DNA of 64,000 bases, taken from positions 201,934,001-201,998,000 of the forward strand of contig NC_091288.1 in assembly GCF_032444005.1 (NCBI RefSeq), given 5' to 3'. Position 1 is the first letter of the stretch. Every line of letters starts with the position of its first letter. Both the position numbers and the translations under genes were made by a program. Of this stretch, positions 12,608 to 23,175 are shown piece after piece. Source of the DNA: Ranitomeya imitator. Taxonomy: Eukaryota. The notes under the pieces are model-generated. The model searched no databases and was not told where the DNA came from. It saw only the letters and a program-made list of their open reading frames with translations.

Positions 12608-13264
12608 TCAGAACAGGGGCTGCAGCTTATTTCTTAGCCGCGGGCTTCTTGGCTTTCGCAGCCTTCTTAACCGACTCTTGGCGGGTTTGGCCGCCTTCTT
12701 AGCCGGACTCTTCGTCACCTTCTTGGGCTTGGGAGCGGCTTTCGGCTTTTTGGGGCTCTTGGCCGCTTTCTTGGCAGCTGCGGGCTTCTTGGCCTTTTTC
12801 GGGCTCTTCTTGGCCGCGGTCGGAGCCTTCTTGGGCTTCTTCGGAGATTTGGCGGCTTTCTTGGCAGCAGCGGGTTTCTTAGGTTTGGCCGCAGCTGCTG
12901 GCTTCTTCTTGGCCACTTTGTCCTTCGTCTCCTGCTTCTTGTTCAGCTTGAAGGACCCGGAGGCGCCGCTGCCCTTCACCTGGAGGAGGGCGCCCTTGGT
13001 GACCAGAGACTTGACGGCCAGCTTCAGGCGGCTGTTGTTCTTCTCTACATCGTATCCTCCGGCAGACAGAGCCTTCTTCAGGGCGGCCAGAGACACCCCG
13101 CTGCGCTCCTTGGAGGCGGACACGGCTTTCACGATCAGCTCGGAGACGCTGGGGCCGGAGGGTTTATTGCTCTTCTTGGCAGCAGATTTCTTCGGCTGCT
13201 TCTTGGATTTGGCGGCCGGTTCTGCGGGAGGGGGAGCGGCGGCTGGCGCGGTCTCTGCCATCAT
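12608..13264 (-). CDS. H1: Linker histone H1 with frameshifted C-terminus (218 aa)
   Basis: [16 protein letters not shown], globular domain [13 protein letters not shown]...[10 protein letters not shown] and a K/A/P-rich tail. A 1-bp deletion near 12670 gives the tail [22 protein letters not shown]. Stem-loop at 12583-12598. Confidence 0.93.
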   Translation of the reverse strand: MMAETAPAAAPPPAEPAAKSKKQPKKSAAKKSNKPSGPSVSELIVKAVSASKERSGVSLAALKKALSAGGYDVEKNNSRLKLAVKSLVTKGALLQVKGSGASGSFKLNKKQETKDKVAKKKPAAAAKPKKPAAAKKAAKSPKKPKKAPTAAKKSPKKAKKPAAAKKAAKSPKKPKAAPKPKKVTKSPAKKAAKPAKSRLRRLRKPRSPRLRNKLQPLF

Positions 13265-13334
13265 GTGCTGCGGAAAAACAAAATGAAAATATTTCCTGAT
13301 AGGAAGGAAAACACTGAGGCCGGAGCTGGAGGCG

Positions 13335-13432
13335 CCTGTTATATGTACAGGCTTACTGCGCACTGATTGGCTGCTGAGCTGCACCGTTCTGAGCTTCTAT
13401 TGGCTGACACTGGACATAAACCCCGCCTCCTC
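13335..13432 (-). promoter_or_regulatory. H1 promoter
   Basis: CATATAA TATA-like box, two CCAAT boxes and a GGAGGCGGGG GC box upstream of the H1 ATG. Confidence 0.7.
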
Positions 13433-13446
13433 CCAGCTGAGTCCGG

Positions 13447-16141
13447 GTGAAGCACCGCTCTCTCCTTGTGCTTCCCTGCCCGGGATAAAAGCCCTTTACC
13501 GGCTAACACCGGACAGCAGAGCGCGCTTCCTCCATCGCCTCTCCTTCTCCAACATCTCCACCGGCCATTTGTAGCCGTCACTAGCAGAGATGCCGGGAAA
13601 GAGCGGAGAACAAATCCCGGGATCATCGCCGCCGTCCTCCCGATCTGCACCTCACTGTGTACCGGGGAGATAAATCTGCTGCGGGAGCTCGTTCCTCCTA
13701 TTCCCGGCTCTTGTCACCATCACAGGGATCTTTACTCCAATGTCTATCGTACAGGGAGCTGATTGTACGATGTGGGGACGAGCTGGAGCTGCTGAGAACC
13801 CAGAAGGGTAACACAGGCGACGGCCTCCGCTGACTGCCCCCTCCCTGACCTGTGATATCACTGTACCCCGTATGTGCAGAGGATTGGGGGGACACGTGTT
13901 CCACATCAGTAGATGATCCACATCGGTGGCTGAGTGCAATCACCTGCCTGATATCTTGTCTTAGTGGTGGGAAAGAGCTCTGATGAGGCGACAGCTGCAC
14001 AGTGCGACTCCCCAACCAAACACATGAACATCTCAGGGGAGAAAACTGAAATATTAACGGATGTATATGACCCCCACTATTATGCAAAAGGGGAATATTG
14101 GGAGAAGAGCGGAGACACAAAATCCAGCGTCTACACAGAGAACACAGCTGTATATAGTATATATAGTGCACAGCATCACATCTGCACAGCCCAGATCAGC
14201 AGTGTAATAAGTGCCACTGATAATAGAGGAGAGGGTACAGTATATACAGCAGAGTGTACAGTATATAGAGCAGAGTACACAGTATATAGAGCAGAGTGTA
14301 CAGTATATAGACCAGAGTGTACAGTATACAGAGCAGTGTGTGCAGTATATACAGCAGAGTGTACAGTATATAGAGCAGTGTATAGTATATACAGCAGTGT
14401 ACAGTATATAGAGCAGTGTATAGTATAGTATAGTGCGGTGTGTACAGTATATAGAGCGGTGTGTGCAGTATATACAGCAGAGTACACTGTATGTAGACCA
14501 GAGTGTACAGTATATACAGCAGAGTACACAGTATATAGACCAGAGTGTACAGTATACAGAGCAGTGTGTGCAGTATATGCAGCAGAGTACACAGTATATA
14601 GAGCAGTGTACAGTATATACAGCAGTGTACAGTATTTACAGCAATGTACAGTAAATAGACCAGAGTGTACAGTATATAGAGCAGTGTACAGTAGTGCGGT
14701 GTGTGCAGTATATAGAGCAGAGTATACAGTATATACAGCAGAGTACAGTATATAGAGCAGAGTGCACAGTATAAAGAGCTGTGTGTACAGTATATACAGG
14801 AGAGGGTACAGTACATAGAGCAGTGTGTACAGTATATAGAGCACTGTACACAGTATATACAGCAGTGTGTACAGTATGTAGAGGAGAGTGTAGAGTATGT
14901 ACAGCAGTGTGTACAGTATATAGATCATTGTGTGCATTATATAGAGCAAAGCGTTCAGTATATAGAGCAGTGTGCAGTATAGTGCGGTGTATATAGAGCA
15001 GTGTATACAGTATACTATTATTATTTTTTTATATAGCACCATTGATTCCATGGTGCTGTACATGAGCGGTGACCTCCCAAAGTGTAGAGGAACAATTCAA
15101 GAGTGTGGGGTACTTATTTCAGAATTCGGGGGGGGGGGGGGGGTTAACGGCCCGGGGGGGGGGCATTTTTTTGAGGGGCATTACTTGTGGGCAAGGTCAA
15201 TTTGGGGGGTCACAGCTCAACCCGGTTTTGGGCTATCAACCCCAAATTTTCAGGGTGTGTAGAGTACCCCTAGCGAACCAATAGTGTAAAAAATTGAGGG
15301 TGGCACTTTGAGGGCACCCCAAAACTAATGCCCCCCCACCCCCAAAAAAAAAAAAAAAAAAAAATGCCCCCCTCCCATTAACCTAAAAATTCTGAAAAAA
15401 AAATAGCCCAACTAATGAATTGTTCCTCTACACACTATGAAAATTTGACGTCGATAGCCCCAATCTGGGCTGAGCAGTTACCCCCCAAAGCTGCCCTGCC
15501 CATTGAAGCCTATCGCGCGCAGGGTCACTGCCCAGCCTGGTTTGTGCCTACCGACCCCACATTTTCAGGGTGTGTAGAGGAACAATTCAAGAGTGTCGGG
15601 TAATTTGTTCAGAAGTTTGGGGGTCGGGAAGGGGGGCATATTTTTGGGGTGATCTCAAAATGCCCCCCACATTTTTGCAGCACTGGTCCACTAGAGCTAT
15701 GGGTACGCTACACACCCTGAAAATGTGTGGTTGATAGCCACAAACAGGGCTGAGCAGAGACTCCCCAAAGTGACCCTGCCCATTGAAGTCTATGGTGCGC
15801 AAGGTCACTGCTCAGCCCGATTTGGGTCTGTCGACCACAAATTCTCAGGGTGTGTAGAGGAACACTTTAAGAGTGTGTGGTAATTTTTTTCAGAATGTTT
15901 TGGGTCAACCGGGGCATTTTTTGGTGGGGCACAACGTTTGGGTTGCCCTCAAAAGCCCCCCAAAGTTTTACACCACACCTCCTTTGCTACATATCGAAGT
16001 ATTGGCAATGCTGATGAGTATACTGGACCCCGCGATCACTTGGCTGGATGTGGGAATGTGCAGAGGAAAAATGAGGATAATGAACGGGATTACAGCAGCA
16101 CCCCACATGCGGATGGTGGTGCCGAGAAAATCTAGTACATC
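13447..16141 (-). repeat. Long inverted repeat, right arm (H1 upstream flank)
   Basis: Ends CTAGTACATC; longer than the left arm (extra palindromic subunit, longer satellite). Copies at 34140-36834 and about 54142-56733. Confidence 0.9.
14235..15012 (-). repeat. Degenerate satellite, inverted copy
   Basis: (GAGCAGTGTGTACAGTATATA)n; about 105-110 bp shorter in unit 3. Confidence 0.9.
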
Positions 16142-17373
16142 AGCCTCATTCTGGAGAGGTGCTGACATGAAGGATTGATCAGCTCTCCGTGAGAGAGAGC
16201 GAGAAAGAAAGAGAGAGAGAAAGCCTGATGTGACGCTACCGGGTCTCGGGTGGGGGAAGTCGCCGGTTCTGTAAAGCGAGTGTGTAGTGGGGGTCAGCAC
16301 ACACACGGCGACTAAGGAGTTAAATGGAGGCGGATATTCCTGTATCTGGGATTGGTCGGCGCCTGCGGATGTCTCTCGCTCATTGGCTGATTACAGATCC
16401 GTTGATGGTTTTGAATTTCCCGCTCAATATCTGTTCTTTGTCCGTCGGATTATTACCGGCCCCTCTGCTGGAGCGGCGATCGCCGATAATACCGGGTCCT
16501 GTCCTCCCAGCTGTCTGCCCCCAAACACGGGGATCGGTTTGCTTATCGGTTGCCATTAATATTCTGGGGAGGTTATAATAGTCTTCAGAGGCGCCTTCCA
16601 TCCGAAACATTAGTGTCCAGGACGTGGTCATCACATAGGAGTCTCCGTACCCGGTACACAGGGCGTCCGTCTATCCAGCTGCCTCAGACAGCCACATTCC
16701 CTGTGAATATTCGCTGCCCCCTGTTCAGTATAACATCAAGTAGCAGAATCAACACATTCATCTCACGGCAGGACTGTAGTAACCGCATCACTCCGGGGTT
16801 TGTACTGTGTGCATAGAGGGGCCTCCGGGAGGCAGTGTGCGGATATATCCCCCATAAATCTGTGAGGTTTGAGATCAATAAGAAGAAACCGCATCACCCG
16901 AAGTTTGCGGTGCCGGCTCTAGTATGGAAAGACGGGGAGGAAAATAAGAGGGGAGAGTAGAGAAGACACGTCCCAGGCTGTGACCGATACTACAGGCAGC
17001 CGCACGGGGGATATTGTGCCCTGCAGAGACGCTGCGCCCGATACTAATCAGCGCCCAATAAAAGCAGGATCTTAGGACAACATCTTAACAGATTTAGAAA
17101 ACGCCGGGAGTTGCTCCGTTATTAGAGCTGTAGAGGGATCTGCTTGGGAAAACCAGGTTAGTCTTTCTAGGTCAAAATATTGGAAAAGACCCTAGTCCCA
17201 GATCACACACTGCGGGCACATCCCAGAATCTGGATAATGCGGTTTCATTCCTTCGACCGGGAACCCACAGCATTAGTGGCTCAGTAAAGGTTCTAAACGA
17301 TATATTAACTTTATAACCACCAGGAACCAGAGCGCAGGAATAGGAAGGTGCAGCCTCTCACTGAGATGTGGGT

Positions 17374-17389
17374 GGCTCTGAAAAGAGCC
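17374..17389 (-). terminator. Histone 3' stem-loop (H4b)
   Basis: Same sequence as the H4a stem-loop. Confidence 0.95.
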
Positions 17390-17419
17390 TTTGGGTTGTG
17401 AAGACAGAAGAGAACACAA

Positions 17420-17740
<321 letters not shown>

Positions 17741-17779
17741 TCAGTGAGCAAAAACTGATTCCTGGACAGCACGGACTGC

Positions 17780-17925
17780 TCCTTTATATGGAGGAAGAAT
17801 GGACCAGAGAGAGAACTGCAGAGATGACGCACTTCCGGGACGGGTCTTCCAGAATCTACATTTGCCCCTCCCTTCCTCTGCTGATTGGCTGACCACAGAA
17901 CTGTTGGGACGTTTGAGTTTCCCGC
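17780..17925 (-). promoter_or_regulatory. H4b promoter
   Basis: Same motif order as H4a (GCGGGAAACTCAAA, CCAAT, GGTCC, CATATAAA) but with diverged spacing sequence. Confidence 0.75.
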
Positions 17926-18049
17926 TCATTGGTCATATTCTGCAATTATCTTCCCAGCTTGTATTTTATGCAATTTCTTTCCCTTGTGACTAAAGATATC
18001 CCACATATTTTCATCACCGTTCCAGATCATCGTGGTTCATACCATCCAC

Positions 18050-18320
18050 AATGTATGATGCCCCCACTTATCCCGCACACAGTATGCTGCCCCCAAAGTT
18101 ATCCTCCACATAGTATGATGCCCCCTACACAGCAAGATAACCACACAGTAGGATGCCCCCACAGTTACTGTTTAAGGGTATGATATCCCCAGTTACTCCG
18201 AAAACAGTATGATGCCCTAAGTTACCCCCCCCCCCCCCCCCCCCAACACACACACACACACACACACACACAGGAAATATGCTGCACCCACAGTTACACC
18301 CTATACAATGTGATACCCCC
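18050..18320 (+). repeat. Degenerate ~30-bp repeat (AGTATGATGCCCCC...) with poly-C and (CA)n
   Basis: GTATGATGCCCC core recurs about 7 times; the (CA)n tract is shorter in unit 3. Confidence 0.75.
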
Positions 18321-18941
18321 AGAGCGACCCATCCTCAGTGTAATGTAATGATTAACAATTGTTCATGTTATGGTGAAAGTCTTCCATTAATGGAGATTTG
18401 GAAGGGTGAAAGAAGCAAGAGAAATTAGAAGAGATATTTCATCAGATCAACATCTGGTGATGAAATGTTCATTTTTGCCATTACCTCATGTACAAATCAC
18501 AAACCAGAGAGACACATTTTTATGCAGTTTTTTATATATCATGTTATGCTTTAGTAATGCAAAATCACATGACTGGGCCTTTAATTGTAAAGTACAAATT
18601 ATTAGGGGTTTTTTTGCTTCTTTTTCATTGTTTGTCTTAATGTGAAAACTGTACTGGCAGCAAAAGGGTTAAAAAACCAGTGTAACAGAAAAATGATCCC
18701 TACTACATTGCCCTCTATAGTGCCAGAGGCATTTACTCTCTTACAACCAGGACTTACTTCTTAGGCGTTAGGGCAGTGAACCCATTAAATGCTGCAGGTC
18801 AGTTACTGGGTAGCTGTATGATGGCTCCTGGGTCCCAGTAGGGCACTGTATGAAATACCAGGTCGGATCCACTGCCAATTACAGCACAAAGCCATTTTTG
18901 GCAGTGAAATCTGAGTAAGAAAAGTCCCTTCAACATCCACA

Positions 18942-19477
18942 CCAGTAGCAATATGCATCGTGCATCCCCCCATAAAGTGGTTTTGACGTCCTGCAGCAGT
19001 GACAGGGGAGTCTAGCGAAGATAATCGCTGTTTTTCGGCAAGGAACATTCCATGTTATCCAAATCAATTTTCTTTATGACCCCAGTGGCCCATTCTGGTG
19101 GGCGCTCCTGCCGGCCCCAACAACGTCCCCGTCTGCCATTTGCGTTTCTTTTATCGTGTGCTCCAGCCAGTCTCTTCCATGCTGTTCGGAGGGATCAGTG
19201 TCCCCATTGCAGTTTGGGCTACACAGCGAGAAGGATTTCACAAGCCTTTAATGCCACTGGCCGGTCACAGTCACACAGACAAGTCAATAAGGCCGGAAAA
19301 AGCCCGACTCTTTCACATGTAACCAGAGCGTCGGAGATGGAACCTGAGCTTCTGCTAGATGGCAGCCCTATAGTGTAAGGGCACGTTAGGGACGGCCCCA
19401 TCTCCAATATTTGTGACATATACACATATAGGAATCCTTAGCCAAACAGTAAACACCTTTACCAAAGTCACGGTTTG
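18942..19477 (-). pseudogene. BRAT1: BRAT1 C-terminal fragment, decayed
   Basis: Minus frame gives CPYTIGLP...DAL...VGLFPALLTCLCDCDRPVALKACEILLAV* then PEWATGVIKKIDLDNMECSLPKNSDYLR*TPLSLLQDV and, after a frameshift, HDAYCY. This matches human BRAT1 as recalled: CPYAVALP...EAL...[29 protein letters not shown]...[38 protein letters not shown]...EADCY. Three in-frame stops. Confidence 0.88.
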
Positions 19478-19665
19478 TTTCGAAGTCCGACAGCCGAGCA
19501 GGTGCGTTTGGAGGTCTGGCAGCAGGGCAGCGCATTTCGAGATCCAACAGCTGTGGAGGTGCGTTTCAAGATCCGACAGCCAACGAAGAGTATTTCGATG
19601 TCCGACAGCCGGGTAGATGTGCTTCGAGGTCCAGCAGCCGCGGCGGAGTGATTCGAGGTCCTGTC
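19478..19665 (+). repeat. Seven-copy 29-bp repeat with conserved head and variable tail
   Basis: Units start at 19478, 19507, 19535, 19564, 19593, 19622 and 19651; head TTTCGAGGTCCGACAGC. Copies at 40171-40358 and 60050-60237. Confidence 0.85.
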
Positions 19666-20423
19666 ACGTAGATATATATCCAGTTAGTGCAGTGTACGGG
19701 GGAACACAGGTGTTGGTTCTGCCCCGTATATATATATTTACAGTGTATACATTGTTTGCGGTGTATAGGGAACACAGCGCTACCGGGGCCTGGGGTGAAG
19801 GTGCCGCATCTTTGGATACTCTGATGAGAGATCAGCTGGAACACGGAAAATAAGAAGTTAAATGGAGGAGACACGTCTGTGTACCTGATGTACGTAGATG
19901 TCTCTCCTCCATTTAACGTCCTATTTTCAAGGCTGAGCTTTCCCAAGGCTGCCCGCTCATTGTCTTATCACATGATCCTTTGGGGGATTTGAGTTTCCCG
20001 CTCATAATCTCTGGAGGATTATTACCGGTCACTGCCGATAGCGGAGATCACAATCCGGTCACACCCGGAACAGCGCGGAGTCCTGTCCTCCAGAGCCGCC
20101 GCACACGGGATCGTCCTCCGAGAGAAGGCGCCGTCACTGATGTGGAGGAGAATCACCCGCCCGGTCCCGATACTCCGGGACCTGCTAACTACATGTAGAC
20201 CTCAGCGCGGAGTATCAGACACTAATGAGGGGACATTTCCTGCGAGCTTGGCAGACGACACTCCCACCTGAGGGGTCTGAGACTTCATGTGGGATTGACC
20301 CATTCATCTCCTATTATTCTGTGGATATGTGCACCAACAATGGCGGCAATGGTGTATGTACCATCAGCCTCATGTGAGGACCCCGAGATAGGCGGCGCCG
20401 GCTCTTGTGGTGACGGTGTGGGT

Positions 20424-20439
20424 GGCTCTTAGAAGAGCC
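20424..20439 (-). terminator. Histone 3' stem-loop (H2A)
   Basis: GGCTCT TCTA AGAGCC ACCCA followed by HDE-like AAGAGCCG. Confidence 0.95.
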
Positions 20440-20468
20440 TTTGGTTTTGTAGACATTGGCGGCAGCGC

Positions 20469-20930
<462 letters not shown>

Positions 20931-21438
20931 TTATATAGTCTGCTGCTCCGCCCTCCTCTCCTGTCATTGGATGACTCTGAAGCTGGCCAATGGGGAAGAG
21001 TCTTGAGGAACCGCCAATGAGCTGCCGAGGGCGGAGCCTATTATTGCTCCTTGCTCAAATTAGTTTCTCACCCAATAGAAAACGTTCGCTTTGGACCGAA
21101 TAGATAAGGGGTGAAAACAGATATTTGTCTTGGAGCAGAAGGAAGTGCAGAAATATTCTGTTGATTTGTAGTTTGCACTTGTTGAATTTGTGTCTACTAT
21201 CAGCCATAAATTGCACTGACAGTCTGGTGGGTGAGGGGTTAATCCCTGTCAGTGCTTCTCCTCCGCTCCATCTGCACAGGAGGCGGCTCCTCACTCACCC
21301 GCTTATTACCCTGTGTAGATTCCCTGTGGTGTCCGCGCTGATCCTATCACAGCCTGACTGAGACAAGTCTCCTATGTTCTGCCCGGAGCCTGATGTGACG
21401 CTGCCGGGTCCCGGGTGGGGGAAGTCGCCGCTTCTGTA

Positions 21439-21780
21439 TTGTATGATACAATATTGTTCTGCTCCAGGAAGACATCCAGGCCTCTCTTGAACCCCTCGAC
21501 TGAGTTCGCCATCACCACCTCCTCAGGCAAGCAATTCCAGATTCTCACCGCCCTAACAGTAAAGAATCCTCTTCTATGTTGGTGGAAAAACCTTCTCTCC
21601 TCCAGACGCAAAGAATGCCCCCTTGTGCCCGTGGCCTTGGTATAAACCTTGGTATAAACAGATCCTCAGCGAGATATTTCTATTGTCCCCTTATATACTT
21701 ATACATGGTTATTAGATCGCCCCTCAGTCGTCTTTTTCTAGACTAAATAATCCTAATTTCGCTAATCTATCTGGGTATTG
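21439..21780 (-). mobile_element. CR1-family LINE fragment
   Basis: Copy of 722-1063. Confidence 0.88.
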
Positions 21781-22698
21781 TAGTTCTCAATACCCAGATA
21801 GTGGTAATGTTCTGAGCAGGGACACTCCGCAATCTTCTACACATGATCGTACATTTCCCATCACAGAGGGATCTGCTGGGAAGGGCAGAATTGGTCTTCC
21901 CTGAAATGTCTCTTGTAGGATATGTCCCTGACCAGTATATCGTCTGCACAGTACTGATTGTGACGGGAAAGGGACGATCTGATCGTCTCCAGGTCAGGCA
22001 CACGGGCACATCACAGCATGTGGAGAACACGAATCAGTCTCTATATCTATGAGTGGAAACAGGAGCGAATACTGCACCGCTAACCTGGAAATCTGCAGAC
22101 TCCTGTGTGGGATGTAAGAGAGCAATGATCGCTCAACACAAGCAGATTTCCCGATATCGGTCCTGGGAGCACGTGTCATATGAAGACAAAGGACGGAAAA
22201 AAGCGGGAACTTTAAACTTTTTACCATTGGAAACATTAGCTCCTCCCTCTGCTGATTGGCTGAACACAGGACGGTTAGGGGGGTTTGAATTTCCCGCCGC
22301 TTCTAAATGTAATGACGTCATTTACACTGTAAAAAGAATTCAATTAGGCTCTAGATCAACTCCACCGACCACCACAAATGGCTCCTGTTAACGGAGAAAG
22401 GAGAGTAATGAACGAGACCCCAGAATGCCGAGATCTGTGCAGCAAGGGGTTAAATAAGTCCCTGAATACACATCAACTCACTGAGCAATGCCCAGATTAT
22501 TCCTGAGGTTTTCTCACCATCTCCCTCGTCATCAGACGCAGAGCCCCGGGCGGTGCGAGCAGACACCTCGGGGAGACGGGAGAGGACACCGGAGCAGTGT
22601 GGGTGGCTCTTATAGTGAGGGTGTAGGTGGCTCTTATAGGGAGGGTGTGGGTGGCTCTTAGAAGAGCCTTTGGGGTGAGGAGCGGAGCACGGANNNNN

Positions 22699-23175
<477 letters not shown>

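Noticed and set aside
12600-13286. Antisense ORFs over H1, H3, H4 and H2A
   Set aside because: Shadow frames of GC-rich, codon-biased histone coding sequence.
14176-15063. YILYTLL / TVYRAV repeat ORFs, also at 3601-4509
   Set aside because: Translations of the TATATACTGTACAC satellite.
15125-15365. Poly-G and poly-A tracts (G-quadruplex or retroposon tail)
   Set aside because: Homopolymer lengths vary between units and are error-prone, and no associated element was recognised.
17101-17150. Possible U7 snRNA gene (TACAGCTCT on the minus strand)
   Set aside because: No AATTTGTCTAG Sm site or 3' hairpin follows. I also recognised no U1/U2, 5S rRNA or tRNA gene by eye anywhere in the unit.
18660-18672. 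AAGGGTTAA / AAGGGGTTAA piggyBac-like termini, also near 1727-1736
   Set aside because: Isolated short matches with no paired terminus or target-site duplication identified.
19478-19665. CRISPR-like repeat-spacer appearance
   Set aside because: Vertebrate context, no cas genes, degenerate repeats and 'spacers' of only about 11 nt; reported as a tandem repeat instead.
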